Shown one piece after another: positions 18,964-31,100 of a stretch of 64,000 nt of DNA. The notes under the pieces were generated by a model. The model was not told the DNA's origin. It did no database searches and was given only the letters and a program-made list of their open reading frames with translations. The stretch's first letter is position 1; each line of letters begins with the position of its first letter. Location: assembly GCA_964342815.1 (NCBI GenBank), contig CAYFHS010000001.1, positions 115,849-179,848 on the forward strand, given 5' to 3'. A program made the translations under genes and the position numbers. This DNA comes from an uncultured archaeon (GTDB lineage Archaea; Thermoplasmatota; Penumbrarchaeia; JASLWR01).

Positions 18964-21900
18964 TTAATCTTCCCATTCCAGTTCAATTCCCTCATATTCT
19001 TCCACAGGTTCCAGTTCACCGGTTATTTCTTCCTCGTCCATATCGTCATTTTCGGATTCTTCACCGAAATCGAAGAGAGCGTCAAGAACGTTTGTCCTGC
19101 TGACCAAAATATCGTCCAGTACATCATCAGTACCTATGTCTTTTTCCTCTTTGTAGACATATTTATCTTTCTTTGACGCTTTGGTGCGCTTCTGCGAAAT
19201 TGAAGTGGATCGCATGGGAGTCTCCTGGAAAGCGGGTTCCATTTCGTCTTCCCATCCCTGAAGCTCGGATTCCGCCATGTAAGTAGGATAGGGGTCATCC
19301 TGAAAGATACTGGCCTCCTGAAAACTTTCCTCCATAACCACATCGGCTGAATATGTCTCCTCTTCGTCATAGTAATCCCCGTACAGCTCCGATTCCTCAG
19401 AGTAGGCTTCATCCGCTTCAGTTCCGCTTTGTACCTGTACTTTCGGGAGATTTGAGTAAAGATCGTTATAGGATGGGGGTGGGGGTTCAATAATTTTAGA
19501 TTTTGGAATTAATTTGGGTGTATCATCTTCTTTTATCTTCCGCCTGCGTTTTCCAACGAGAATGAAAATTATTATAATTGTGACCAATATCACAACCAAT
19601 GCGGCAATTCCAATGATAGTGAAATTCTCCGAAGACGATACTCCAAGGATACCGTTGTTTTCATCGGCTGTTACACTTAGGTTCAGTTTAGCGCTGTCGA
19701 TTATCTCGCCATCATTGAGCGACATTACCACTATTCCCAGAGAATACTCTCCGCTTTTGGTTCCCGAGGGTATGAGCATGTCGACTCTGAGACCGCTTTC
19801 CTCCCCTGGGGTCAGGCTGAGGTTTCGTACGGATGAGCGGAGCCACTCTGCCGGAGAACCTGAATAATCTATCTTCACCTCATCTGCGGTATTCCCATCG
19901 TTCGAGACATGGAATGTGTAGGACATTATCCCTGTTCCCACCTCTCTCGTTATCCCGGAAGGCGATACGGAAAGACCGTAAACCTCCAGAACCTCCACCT
20001 CGATCAAACACCAATCTCCCTTGTCCCCGTATGCAGCTCCGGTGGATGCGGCGCTTAGGTTGAGATGATACGTTCCGGCGAGAGCATCATTTTTCACCAT
20101 TATGTTCAATACTCCGTCAGCAGAGGAAAAGTTTTCCATTTCTAATACCGGGATCGAAATGCCCGATTCCAGTGCATTAACGGGCCAGCATTGAACGACT
20201 ATTTCGTCCCATGTGTTCGCCAAATTATCAACGGAAAATGATATATTGTCGGTTTGACCAGGGTAAAGCGAGGTTTTGTTTGTACCGGTTTCAATCCTGC
20301 ATTCGTAACTGGGTGCAATAATAATTTCAAGGTTCTTCGCCGCTATATAATCGGGATCGGACCCGGATATGGCGGTGAAATTGAAAACGTAAGTACCGCT
20401 GGCAGCATACATCCCCGGTTTTATCGTCAGGGTGACCTCCTCCTCCTGGTAAGGGGCCAATTCAAGTGTTTCCTCGGAGAGCGAGTAAGTAAAACTCTTG
20501 GTGATATTGTGAATTTTGAGAGATAGGGTATCCGGAAAATTCCCCCGATTTGAAATTGACAATGTATAATTGGCAGGTTTCAAATTGTCGGTTTCTACAC
20601 TCTTTTCCTCACAGATTATCCGGAGATCGGGAATTTGTGGAACCCTGGCCTCCAGCAAGACGTTCTTTTCCTGGTTACCCTCATTTGAACTAACTCTAAG
20701 ACCGATGGGATAATCCCCTGCAAGTGCATCGGTGGGAACTGAGACCTCAAGAGTGAGATTTCTGGTAGAATAGGCATCGACCTGCAGATAAAAATCCTTT
20801 AGGGACACGGTCCAGTTCACCGGCCGGTCCGTTACCTCGAAATCGAACTTTTCCTGGCCGTTCCCGGTATTGTTCAGGGGGACTTCCAGAAGAACGTACT
20901 GGCCCGGAAGCAGTTCCATGTCAGTAAGCTCGCCCAGCTCGAAATCAAAGATGTGTCTGATTGTGATGTTGAACCTCAGCATCGCCCGTTTTGTCCCGTT
21001 GGACCCCACTGATGACGCGACCAGCGTTATCCTCCTGGTGCCGTAGAGTGTGTTATTGGCCGGCCGGATGTATATGGTGGTGTTTGTGGATTCGAAAGGT
21101 GCAAGGGTAATATTGCCGTTCTGTGCCCATACTTCCCAACCGGGGAGGCTCTCAAGGAACGACAGTTCAAAAGTATCCTCAACGTTTCCCCTGTTCTTAA
21201 TGTCGATCCAGAAAGGTATTTTTGCTCCAGGGTCGGTTGTATCGTCAGTGAGCGGCGATGACAGGGTAACGCCGTATTCCTCCCCGATGACACAACGAAC
21301 GTCAAGGAATTTTCCTCTTCCCCGGCACAATATGCCAATAGACAGATCGTGGACTGAACCTGCGATCAATCCTCCCGGAGGAGTGATGGAGATTGTTATA
21401 TCCACGTTACCCCCCGGTATGATGGGAGTGTTTTGGGCAGCAACACCCGAGAAACCGGGAGGAAGCTTCGTGAAATCCACTTCCACATTCTCCCCGAAGG
21501 GGCTCAGGTTCTTGGCGCGCAGTACGAAAAGCCCGCTGGTACCGGGACTCATGGTGGCATTTCCGTCAACCACTGAAGCATCCAGAGAAAGCCCGCCGAT
21601 TGCAAGACTCGGGTCCCCGAGACAAATGTATTCCGTAAGGGTCTTGTGGTCCTTATCATCGTGGTCGCCCACTTCGGACAGATAATAGGCTACCGAGCCA
21701 GCCAGCATCCTTCCGGGGGTCCTCTTTCCTTCCTGGTAGGATCTGTAGAGTTGAACGTCGAAATAACCTGAACGGTGCTTGTAGTAGTTAGTACCGCCGT
21801 CACCCCATCCGATCCTGGTAGCGGAGATGACGGCAATGGCTCCGCCGGCAGTATTCAGAAGGAGTTTTTCCGAGATGGATTCGCCGGGATTATCAGTCCA

Positions 21901-23529
21901 GAGAGATGGCCTCAGTTCATTATCGAAGGAACCTGTCAGACAAGCGTCGAAAGTGAGCACCGGCAGTTTTTTTCCATTTGTAAGTGCCAGGGCGTCATCA
22001 TAGTCGAAGATACCGCTCCCACCACCAGTGGCTCCCCAGCAGTGATGGTCGCCGTGATCGGAGAACGCTGCGAAACCCGCTCCTCCATTGAGGCCTGCGA
22101 CGATGGCGTTCTTGTTGCAAGTCCCCTGGGTCTCATAATATCTCGTTATGTCGAATCCAGCCAGATAACCGTTGTCAACGATCTTGTCCAGCGTCATCTC
22201 CCCCTCCGCTCCCGCTGCCCAGGTGAACGTATCGGTGGCATGAAGATTCGCCTTTAAGAACCAATCGGCTCCCATTGTGTTATTCTCGTAATAAATGATG
22301 TCGTTCACCATGTCGGACAGTTCGGCATTGCTGCCTGCAGGGAGACGCCCCACATAAACGTCGTAGAATAGATCGCATTCATCTTTTTCCTCCCCGTAGC
22401 GGCTGTTCCCATTTGCGTTCCAGTCGCAAAACTGTCCCGTACTATTGTAAATGTCAGCATAATAGGCATCGCTGGGCACGTCAGCCCCGTCCAGTTTGTT
22501 GGCCCCGTTATCATCGAAACCGTCGGGTACCCACGCGTACCGTACCGGACATTTGTCACTATCCCCCGCCAGAAGTACATAGGTGATGTCCCAGGTATCC
22601 AGAGCATTTTTGATGAAATATTTGATTTTTTCCTGATTGTTCGAGCCCGTAACGGTAAAATAGACCGAATTGTAGATATCGTCCAGGGAAACATAGATGG
22701 TGTCCAATCCGGTGCTTGTCTTGTGTGCCGCCAGGGGGGCTGCCGTCTCCCTCATTCCCTCAGGTCCGATTATCACCATATCTGTTCCAGGACCGGAACG
22801 GGCCGCGGCTCTGTTTCCCTCTACCCTTGAGGTTTCCAATATGATCTGAGCATCCGTGGCAACGAGACAGATATTATCGGACGGAATATAACGGACAGGG
22901 TAAAAATCGATCATAACGAATAGAACCTGCTCGTCTGTAACGGGATCGCGGCCCATACCTGTTCTCAACTCGAACCAGTTGTTGGGGAATGCCGAGTCCG
23001 AGCGGTAAATATCTTCGTTGTGAAATAACTCTGCAGGCCCGTCCGTGAACTTTTCACCGTCATAGAATTTTTCAGGTGCTTCTCCCCAGTACGATGCACC
23101 CATATGGGGCTGACTGGGAGCGGCCGGAACAATTTCTCGCACCAGATTCATTTCATAGTAGGATATACCGGAAAGGTCGCATGAATCAATTCGGCTCTGG
23201 GGAGGCATGGTAATGCTGTGCGTGTATTTCGGAAGAACCGGTTTCCCATCCTGGGAAAGGTACGAGGCATCATCCATTTCTACCCTGATATAACCCCCCT
23301 CTTCCGAAAGCAATGGAGTGGGGAATCGGAAAGGGATCATCAACTCATTTTCGGATTCGGTCTCTCCTTCTTTCTCGATTTCCGATATGATTCCTTTATT
23401 ACTATTATGTATATTTGCGAAACTGCCTTCTTCTTCCTTTTCGTATATAGCCGACAGCTGTAACGACAAAGTTGCTCCAAACATTAATAATAATATGATT
23501 ATTACGATAGATCGTGCAGAAACAGACAT
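18964..23529 (-). CDS. Membrane-anchored peptidase C25 (gingipain family): propeptide, catalytic domain, Ig-like/NEW3-like repeats, TM, acidic tail
   Basis: Propeptide-like GKPVLPKYTHSITMPP; IKYFIK...ITYVLLAGD, PSDAYYAD, DVYVGRLP; catalytic-type SDHG (His 22054-22056) and FDAC (Cys 21940-21942); YICLGDPSL; repeated N.GN..D/E modules; TM IIGIAALVVILVTIIIIFILV then GKRRRK. Confidence 0.9.
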   Translation of the reverse strand: MSVSARSIVIIILLLMFGATLSLQLSAIYEKEEEGSFANIHNSNKGIISEIEKEGETESENELMIPFRFPTPLLSEEGGYIRVEMDDASYLSQDGKPVLPKYTHSITMPPQSRIDSCDLSGISYYEMNLVREIVPAAPSQPHMGASYWGEAPEKFYDGEKFTDGPAELFHNEDIYRSDSAFPNNWFELRTGMGRDPVTDEQVLFVMIDFYPVRYIPSDNICLVATDAQIILETSRVEGNRAAARSGPGTDMVIIGPEGMRETAAPLAAHKTSTGLDTIYVSLDDIYNSVYFTVTGSNNQEKIKYFIKNALDTWDITYVLLAGDSDKCPVRYAWVPDGFDDNGANKLDGADVPSDAYYADIYNSTGQFCDWNANGNSRYGEEKDECDLFYDVYVGRLPAGSNAELSDMVNDIIYYENNTMGADWFLKANLHATDTFTWAAGAEGEMTLDKIVDNGYLAGFDITRYYETQGTCNKNAIVAGLNGGAGFAAFSDHGDHHCWGATGGGSGIFDYDDALALTNGKKLPVLTFDACLTGSFDNELRPSLWTDNPGESISEKLLLNTAGGAIAVISATRIGWGDGGTNYYKHRSGYFDVQLYRSYQEGKRTPGRMLAGSVAYYLSEVGDHDDKDHKTLTEYICLGDPSLAIGGLSLDASVVDGNATMSPGTSGLFVLRAKNLSPFGENVEVDFTKLPPGFSGVAAQNTPIIPGGNVDITISITPPGGLIAGSVHDLSIGILCRGRGKFLDVRCVIGEEYGVTLSSPLTDDTTDPGAKIPFWIDIKNRGNVEDTFELSFLESLPGWEVWAQNGNITLAPFESTNTTIYIRPANNTLYGTRRITLVASSVGSNGTKRAMLRFNITIRHIFDFELGELTDMELLPGQYVLLEVPLNNTGNGQEKFDFEVTDRPVNWTVSLKDFYLQVDAYSTRNLTLEVSVPTDALAGDYPIGLRVSSNEGNQEKNVLLEARVPQIPDLRIICEEKSVETDNLKPANYTLSISNRGNFPDTLSLKIHNITKSFTYSLSEETLELAPYQEEEVTLTIKPGMYAASGTYVFNFTAISGSDPDYIAAKNLEIIIAPSYECRIETGTNKTSLYPGQTDNISFSVDNLANTWDEIVVQCWPVNALESGISIPVLEMENFSSADGVLNIMVKNDALAGTYHLNLSAASTGAAYGDKGDWCLIEVEVLEVYGLSVSPSGITREVGTGIMSYTFHVSNDGNTADEVKIDYSGSPAEWLRSSVRNLSLTPGEESGLRVDMLIPSGTKSGEYSLGIVVMSLNDGEIIDSAKLNLSVTADENNGILGVSSSENFTIIGIAALVVILVTIIIIFILVGKRRRKIKEDDTPKLIPKSKIIEPPPPSYNDLYSNLPKVQVQSGTEADEAYSEESELYGDYYDEEETYSADVVMEESFQEASIFQDDPYPTYMAESELQGWEDEMEPAFQETPMRSTSISQKRTKASKKDKYVYKEEKDIGTDDVLDDILVSRTNVLDALFDFGEESENDDMDEEEITGELEPVEEYEGIELEWED

Positions 23530-23669
23530 GTTCGGCCCCTCTCATCTTTTCATAATCAATCTTGACAAGCCAGTTAAGATGTAACGCTCATGGTACTAAT
23601 AACAGTATCCCTTTTTTTTCTGGATTTAAATCGTTTTATTTCGCACTATATTGAATCTATTATGACACT

Positions 23670-26600
23670 TCACGGAGATTCGATAGCCCCCTGCGTCTGA
23701 CAGACCGGACAGGTAACCAGAGCCGGGAACTGTTCGATCACGGCGGTATAGTTATTGCCGCATGAATGGCACTGCATGATAATCTCGTTCGAGATGGGAA
23801 CCGGACTTTCTTCCGGACCCGGAGGTACTGCAGGAGGCTCAGGTTCAGGCGGATTGGACATGTTACCCAGCGTGGAAAGATATGCATCGAGTTCCGACAG
23901 ATCACCCGCCTGCGGCTGCTCTACCGGAGGGGCAATGGATTCCGGCGGAGGACCACCCAACGGAGAAATGGGTATCTCGGTCCTAGGATGGCCCGCTGGA
24001 GAAATGGGTATCTCGGTCGTAGGAGGACCGGGGGACATAGCTTCATATTCCGGAGGGGGTGCTAGATTACCATTGACGGAGGAAACTTGCGGTGGCAGTG
24101 AGGAGATTTCCATTACGCCCAAATCCGGCATAATGGTGGGTTGGGCGGGTGAAGTATTGGGACTAACTGGATAAGGTTCTCCTATTCCCCCTGTTTCGGG
24201 TCCCTGGATGTCCGTGGGTCCGGGTGGAAGTGCCATCCTGTTAAGTTCCTGCACTCCATGTTCGGTATTGAATGAAGGGAGGGTGTAGCTAGTTTCGCCC
24301 GTAATACCCGTGGCTGCTCCCGATTGATGGTACGGGGGGAGCTGGGGCTGTTGGGGTTGATTGGGCGGCGCTGGGGTAAATTGTTGCGTATTGGATGACC
24401 CTGGCCCTGGTGGGAGCATCAATAATTGGGATTGCTGTCCCGGCATCCCCACAGCAGGTCGTTGGGGCTGGTAGGCGGCATTGTATCCTTGCTGACCGGC
24501 AAACACGTGCTGACCCATGGGATAAGGATGCATTGGAGTACCGTAGGGTGATTGTTTGAAGGGGGGATGTGCTTGTGGTGGAATTTTCTTTTCGCCGTTC
24601 TTCTTTTTTCTCACGATGATAAGTATGATCAGGACCGCAATGATGAGGGCGAGTATCACGCCCAGGATGAGGAATAGCAGGGAAGAACTTTCACCCAGTA
24701 TCCCGGCGCTTTCAGTGTTCACTATGTCTGGCTCGCCTTCCGGTGAATCCATGGCGTTATTCGGATCTGTACCCTGTTCCCGTTCGAATCCGTCGGAGAA
24801 ACCATCCCCGTCGCTGTCGGTCTTGTATTCGGTACTGCTGCCCACCGCAACCTTTACCTTCTCGCTCTCATTGTAGCCGTGACCGTCAGACGCGAATACC
24901 GTAATGGTGTGTTTTCCCGGAGCCAGCCTTGCATTCATAACTGCACCTGATCCCAGGGATCGGTTGGCGCTGACGTTGGATGTCCAGTAATAGCTAAGAT
25001 TATCCCCGTCCTCGTCGGCGGAGTCGGATGCGTCGAAAATAATCACGCTGTCGAACCTGAAATACGATCCCTCATTGGGAGCTGATATTATCGCCTCAGG
25101 CTTTGAATTCACCCATACCCTGTACGGGACCGACATGTTGTGACCGGTGCCCATAAGATCGTCAGCGCGCCATCGGATGTAATTGTCCGAACCCCACTCG
25201 AACTCCAGTTCCATAAGAACCTGGGTGGGATTTCCCTCTATGACGTTTACTGCATTCTTCCAGGGCCCAAAACTCTTATTGTCGCCTTCTCCGTTTGCAA
25301 TGGAATATTCGACCATTGTCGGATCGACCCCGATCCCGTCGTCAAATATCTGTATGAAGCATTCAACTTTTCTATTGTCCGCGTATTCGTCCTCTCGCGG
25401 TGTGAACGAACCGAAATAAACAGGGGAAGTGTCTATCTTTAGGTTGAATTTATCGGATAATGCCGGGGGATTGCCTACCACATCCCTTCCTCTGAATATG
25501 ATGTAATTGTCCTTTCCCTCAGCATAACGAAAGGTAACGGTTATCTCATAGCCGTCATCAGCAAATTTGATAATATTATCGGCATCAATTGACGTCCACC
25601 GGCCGAAATCACCCGGGCCCGAGGTGGATATCCTGGCTTCGAGACTCCCGGGATCCACTCCGCTGCCGGCATCCGTAACGGTTATTTTAGTCGTTATTTC
25701 TTCCTGGTCATACCATTGCAGCTGAGGCGTTATCACATCAGCGAAGTTGACGGGAGTAGTATCGATCTTTATGTTGACGGAGGGTGATTCCACGAATCCG
25801 TTTCCCGGAATATCCTTTGCACGCCATTTTATGTAATTATCCTCACCCTCCTGGAATATATATTTTATTTCAGGTACCATTGGTTCATTATTCTCGGGTA
25901 TCCATGCAGGTATCCAGAAATCGAAACCGTGCACGTCGCTGTCGGAAACGGAGTATTCTATTGTGCTGCCGTCAACTCCCGCCCCTTCACCGTCGTAGAC
26001 CTCTACGGAGCATTCTACGTCCGTATGATTGTGCCATGAACCGTCCAAGGGAGCATGATTCGAAAAGGTAGGGGGCGTCAAGTCCACTAGTATACCCGAG
26101 CTGGCGGCTTCTCCAACATTTCCCACCATGTCAATGCACCAAACGTAGATCTCCGCATACCCCTCGTCAAGTTTTTCCATCATGACTTCAGTGATATTGG
26201 TAAATGTTCCATTCGAGGTTCCCGAGTTATCAATCTGGGAATAATAATAGCCCAACAAACCCGAAGCGGGATCCTCCACTTCATCCCAGGTAACGTACAT
26301 CTCGGCCAGCTTCGTATTCTCCGTCTCCTTGTCCTTGAAACCTCCGGCCCGGCACTGCAGGTTAACGGGATACAGAGGAACTTCGGCATCGATCATTACC
26401 TCGAAGGTGAGGTTTGTCATGCATATGCCCGTACCGGGTATGTTTTCGATGGTAATGAGATATTCTTCTTCCTGGTCCGTAAGATTTCTGGAGCTGAATT
26501 TTATCCCGACACTTTCCCCCCTGCTCTCGTTGTCCCACCATGTATTTCCCGCTGTGTCCGATAGCTTGACATCGAAATAATCGTCATGTGGGAATATATT

Positions 26601-27983
26601 CTTAGTATTAGCATAACACACTGTGATATTGGTCAGGTTTATACTTTCATCACCACGTATCCAGTCACTCTCACTCAATAATCCCTGGTATTCACCGGTA
26701 AAATCAGGAGTCCCGATAAAGTCCAGATCGTTCTCGATACGAAACAGCCACGGAAACCTGTCTACGGAATATTCACCCGATTTTGCCGTTGTGTAAACCA
26801 GGGCGTCCATGAACCTCTCATGGGGAAAGGTGAAATTGAAAATAAGAATGAAATTTAGGTACCATCTGTCAACCCCGTTATTCGTGATAAAACAGTCGTT
26901 AAGCACTAACTGCACGGTCCCTCCCTCATCCTGCTGTTTGAAGAACCGGCCCTGACTCCAATTGTAACACAACGTGGCGTTGGTTGTATTGTAATCCAGG
27001 TGAACCTTCACATTTGATACCTCATCGAGAGAGTCCATTGTGCTTATGTTCACGGTGAGGTTGTACGGCTTGTACTGGGCGTAACAAATATTGTCGTCTC
27101 CGGTGGGATTGGCCAGCACAACGTCCTCTGCACTGGGTATGGACGTCAAACCCTGCATTGCCTCCAGTATCTCCTGCTCGGAAAGATACCTTGAAAAGAT
27201 GGCGGCCTCATCGATCAACACGTCTGCTGAACTGCTCGCCGAGATTGGTTTTCCACCCACACAGGGGTCCGTGGGACAGTGGGATCCCTGAGCTCGGCGC
27301 GGAGATGTGGGTACGTTCTTTGAACCGGTAACCTTCAGAACACCGTCAACATATATCTGGAGGTTGTTCATATTACAGCGGATAGCCACATGATGCCACT
27401 GGCTGTTGCAGAGGTTCAGACCGTTTGCGTATGTGTTATAATTCGAGTTGTCATTATCGCTGCCGCCCCAGAATCGAATCTGCGACGAACTGGCAAGATT
27501 CATGGTGTAGCCGTTTCTGTTTGTGCAGCAGTCACCGAACATCATCAAGCCTTTCTGGTTTCCAGATCGGACCTTGAACCAGCACATGAAAGTATAGGCG
27601 TTTGGCATGTCGAGGTTGGATAGAGGTCCACCCACCTGAACCCTATTCTGATCTCCCCCGGGTACCCGCATCGACCACCTTCCGTGTTTAGCGTCATTGG
27701 AAAACGAAACCCCGTGAAGCGTTCCGTCGTTCCCCCCCGTGATGGACAGGTCCTTTACCAGATTTCCCCCACCTTCCTCGAAGTCGTAGTACAGAGCCTC
27801 CGGCTGCAGTCCTCTGCGTCTATTAACCGAGGCTTCGGGAGCCTCAATATTCCCTATTTTAACGTCAAGATTCCCGTGTTCCACGAGGGTATAATTGGAA
27901 ATGAAACCCGTATATGATGAAACAATTAATAACAGTACGAGAAAAAGAATACCTGGCATTTTATTATTGCAAATAGGATCCAT
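23670..27983 (-). CDS. Array paralog P1: surface protein with LamG/concanavalin-like head
   Basis: Head LYYDFEEGGG...YTFMCWFK...QWHHVAI...IYVDGVL...IDEAAIFSRYLSEQEI; shared stalk from CYAQY (Cys 27086); TM; Pro-rich tail; CHSC..CPVC. Confidence 0.9.
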   Translation of the reverse strand: MDPICNNKMPGILFLVLLLIVSSYTGFISNYTLVEHGNLDVKIGNIEAPEASVNRRRGLQPEALYYDFEEGGGNLVKDLSITGGNDGTLHGVSFSNDAKHGRWSMRVPGGDQNRVQVGGPLSNLDMPNAYTFMCWFKVRSGNQKGLMMFGDCCTNRNGYTMNLASSSQIRFWGGSDNDNSNYNTYANGLNLCNSQWHHVAIRCNMNNLQIYVDGVLKVTGSKNVPTSPRRAQGSHCPTDPCVGGKPISASSSADVLIDEAAIFSRYLSEQEILEAMQGLTSIPSAEDVVLANPTGDDNICYAQYKPYNLTVNISTMDSLDEVSNVKVHLDYNTTNATLCYNWSQGRFFKQQDEGGTVQLVLNDCFITNNGVDRWYLNFILIFNFTFPHERFMDALVYTTAKSGEYSVDRFPWLFRIENDLDFIGTPDFTGEYQGLLSESDWIRGDESINLTNITVCYANTKNIFPHDDYFDVKLSDTAGNTWWDNESRGESVGIKFSSRNLTDQEEEYLITIENIPGTGICMTNLTFEVMIDAEVPLYPVNLQCRAGGFKDKETENTKLAEMYVTWDEVEDPASGLLGYYYSQIDNSGTSNGTFTNITEVMMEKLDEGYAEIYVWCIDMVGNVGEAASSGILVDLTPPTFSNHAPLDGSWHNHTDVECSVEVYDGEGAGVDGSTIEYSVSDSDVHGFDFWIPAWIPENNEPMVPEIKYIFQEGEDNYIKWRAKDIPGNGFVESPSVNIKIDTTPVNFADVITPQLQWYDQEEITTKITVTDAGSGVDPGSLEARISTSGPGDFGRWTSIDADNIIKFADDGYEITVTFRYAEGKDNYIIFRGRDVVGNPPALSDKFNLKIDTSPVYFGSFTPREDEYADNRKVECFIQIFDDGIGVDPTMVEYSIANGEGDNKSFGPWKNAVNVIEGNPTQVLMELEFEWGSDNYIRWRADDLMGTGHNMSVPYRVWVNSKPEAIISAPNEGSYFRFDSVIIFDASDSADEDGDNLSYYWTSNVSANRSLGSGAVMNARLAPGKHTITVFASDGHGYNESEKVKVAVGSSTEYKTDSDGDGFSDGFEREQGTDPNNAMDSPEGEPDIVNTESAGILGESSSLLFLILGVILALIIAVLIILIIVRKKKNGEKKIPPQAHPPFKQSPYGTPMHPYPMGQHVFAGQQGYNAAYQPQRPAVGMPGQQSQLLMLPPGPGSSNTQQFTPAPPNQPQQPQLPPYHQSGAATGITGETSYTLPSFNTEHGVQELNRMALPPGPTDIQGPETGGIGEPYPVSPNTSPAQPTIMPDLGVMEISSLPPQVSSVNGNLAPPPEYEAMSPGPPTTEIPISPAGHPRTEIPISPLGGPPPESIAPPVEQPQAGDLSELDAYLSTLGNMSNPPEPEPPAVPPGPEESPVPISNEIIMQCHSCGNNYTAVIEQFPALVTCPVCQTQGAIESP

Positions 27984-28160
27984 TCCATCATTCCTGTTTC
28001 TTAATTATGTTACTTACATTGAGTGAAACTTGGGGCATTATGCAACCGATCAGTTTTCTAAATCATAGCACCAATTCATTAATAACTATTTTTATAAAAA
28101 TTACGGGTTTGTGCGACTTTACCATGGAATAGCGCAAGCATCCTTTCTATCGGATTTTGC

Positions 28161-31100
28161 TTAAATTGAATTAATTACCCCTTGAGTCGTGCAGACCGGG
28201 CAGGTGACCAGAGCCGGAAGCTGCACTATCTCAGCTGTATAATTATTACCGCATGAATGGCACTGCATCGTTATTTCATTAGTCACCCGAGTCGGATTTT
28301 CTTCGAGAACCGCTTGCCCTGAGGGTGGCGGCGCCGAAGGTTCATCATGGCTCTCATCCAGTGAAAAAAGATAAGCATCGAGTTGCGATAGATCACCTGG
28401 TACCGAGGGATCCACGGGGATTGGTCCAGCCACTGCTAACGTGGGGACGTCCATTGGGGCCGGTGCATCGGGCGGAACCTGCAGCAGTTCTTCCGATGAC
28501 GGCAACGGTTGTGATGGCCCGAGAAATGATTTTTCCATAGCAGCAATGTCGGGTAGGAATGCGGGTGGGAACGGCATATCGGGAGCAGGCATCTGGATGG
28601 GAACCCCCGTGTTAATAGTATCTTGTTCCAAGGGAGCAGGTCCCGGAGGAAGAGCCATCAGCTCAAGGTTCTGCAGTCCCTGATCGGTAGGAAATGAAGG
28701 AAGCAAAAAGGCAGCATCAGTCAAAGGATCGGTTGCGGGACCGAGCTGGCCGTAATTGGTCTGTGGAGCTATCTGAACAGGATCGAACTGCGCCATTCCA
28801 TGTGCCGGAGGAAGCGCTGTTGGGGCGGCCTGACCTCCCGGCATACCTCCGTAAGTTGGCGGCGTGCTCCCATACCCCTGCTGTCCCGGTGACATGTACT
28901 GTCCTTGAGGATAGAAATGCTGGTTCGGTCCAAAATCCGATTGCTGTAAAGTTGGTTGGATCGTTGGCGGAATCTCTTTTTCACTCTTTTTCTTCCTTTT
29001 TATTACAATAAATAATGCCAGCAAAATAAGTATTATCAGCAAAAAGATACCAAAAAGAATCAAGAACAACCAGGATGAGCCTTCACCCAATAATCCGCCG
29101 CTTTCCTGATCAATGATATCCGGCTCCCCAGGTGGAGTCAAGGCCCTATTCAGCGGATCTGTTCCTTTTTCGCGCTCCAGACCGTCCGAGTACCCGTCGC
29201 CGTCGCTGTCAGTTTCATAATCGAGCTTTCTCAGCACCTCGAGCTTTACTTTTTTGCTCTCGTTGTAACCGTGCCCATCTGACACGAACAACGTGATAGT
29301 GTGTTTTCCGGGGACCAGGCTTGCACTCATGAAAACCTTCGAGCCGATGGACTTGTTTGCGCTTACGTTACTGGACCAGTAATAGCTGAGATTGTCTCCA
29401 TCCTCATCGCTTGATTCCGAGGCATCGAAGAATATTTGCCGCCCATACCTGAAAAACGATCCCTGTTCAGGAGCGGAAATCTCTGCCGTCGGCTTGGAAT
29501 TTACCCACACCCTGAACGGTTTGGATTCGTTGAAACCAGTACCCATAATATCATCGGCCCGCCACCGGATGTAATTATCGGATCCCCATTGGAACTCCAC
29601 TTCCATAAGTACCTGAGTGGGGGTTCCTGACACCACGTTTTCCGTTTTCTTCCATGGCCCAAATTTCTTTTCGTCGCCCCCCACCCCTTTCGCCACAGAA
29701 TATTCAACCGTTTTAGGATCCACCCCGCTGCCGTCATCGAATATCTGGATGAAACATTCCACGATAGTGCTGTCCGCGTAATCTTCCTTATCCGGAGTAA
29801 AGGTCCCGAAATATACCGGGGACGTATCGATCTTCAGATTGAACTTATCAGAAATGGTGGGTGGATTTCCAACCTCATCAGTACCCCGGAACATGATGAA
29901 GTTATCCTTTCCTTCGGAATAATTGAAAGTCACGCTAACTTCATATTTTTCTAGTCCCGATCCGGTTATATTTTCAGGATCAACACGAATCCAAGGGCAA
30001 AAATCATTTGGACCAGTCCTTGATATCCTTACTTCCAGGCTTGTGGGATCCACCCCGCTTCCACCGTCACTTACGCTTATGGAAGTACTTACGGTATTAT
30101 GATCGTACCATTCCGTTTGCGGCGTAATAACCGGCTCAAAGATAACCGGTGTAACATCTATTTTTATATTTATCGGAGAAGATTCCACAAAACCGTTTTC
30201 GGTAATATCTTTGGCACGCCATTTTATGTAATTTTCTTCACCCTCCGGAAAGATGTATTTTATGTGTGGAGTAATAAGCCTTTTTTCCTCAGGCACCCAT
30301 GCAGGTATCCAGAAATTGAAGCCATTCTCTCCATTTGCGGAGACCGAATATTCAATTGTGGTGCCGTCCACCCCGGCTCCCTCGCCATCATATATTTCAA
30401 CCGAGCAATCAATATCAGTATGATCGTGCCATGAACCGTCCATGGGAGTATGATTCGAAAAGACCGGCGGGGTAAGGTCCACCAGAATTCCCGATTTGGC
30501 GCCATCTCCAATGTTGCCCACCTTATCGATGCACCACACGTAAATTTCCGCGCCCCCCTCGTCCAGTTTATCGATCTTGACTTCCGTGACGTTGATAAAG
30601 GTACCGTTTATGGTTCCCGAATTGTCCGTTTTGGAGTAATAATAACCCAGGAGACCCGAGGCGGGGTCCTCCACGGCATCCCAGGTAACGTACATTTCAG
30701 CCTGGTTGGTATTCCCGGTCTCCTTGTCCTTGAAGCCTCCTGCGCGGCAAAGAAGGTTATCGGGATACAGGGGAGCTTCCGCATCGATCTTGACGGGGAA
30801 GGTCAGATTCGTCATGCAGATACCCGAGCCGGGAATGTTCTCGATGGTGATGAGATATTCTTCGTCCGGGTCCGTAACGTTTCTCGAACTTAGATCGATC
30901 ACTATATTTTCTCCCTTGCTCTCATTGTCCCACCAGGTATTTCCCACGCTGTCCATTGTACGCACGTCGAAAAAAACATCTTCAGGATAAATATTCGCCG
31001 AACCCGCGTATCTCACCTTCAGATCCGATACCCTAATATCCTCATTTCCTCTTATCCAATCCCCTTCTGTCAGTTCTCCCTGGAATTCCCCCGTGAAACC

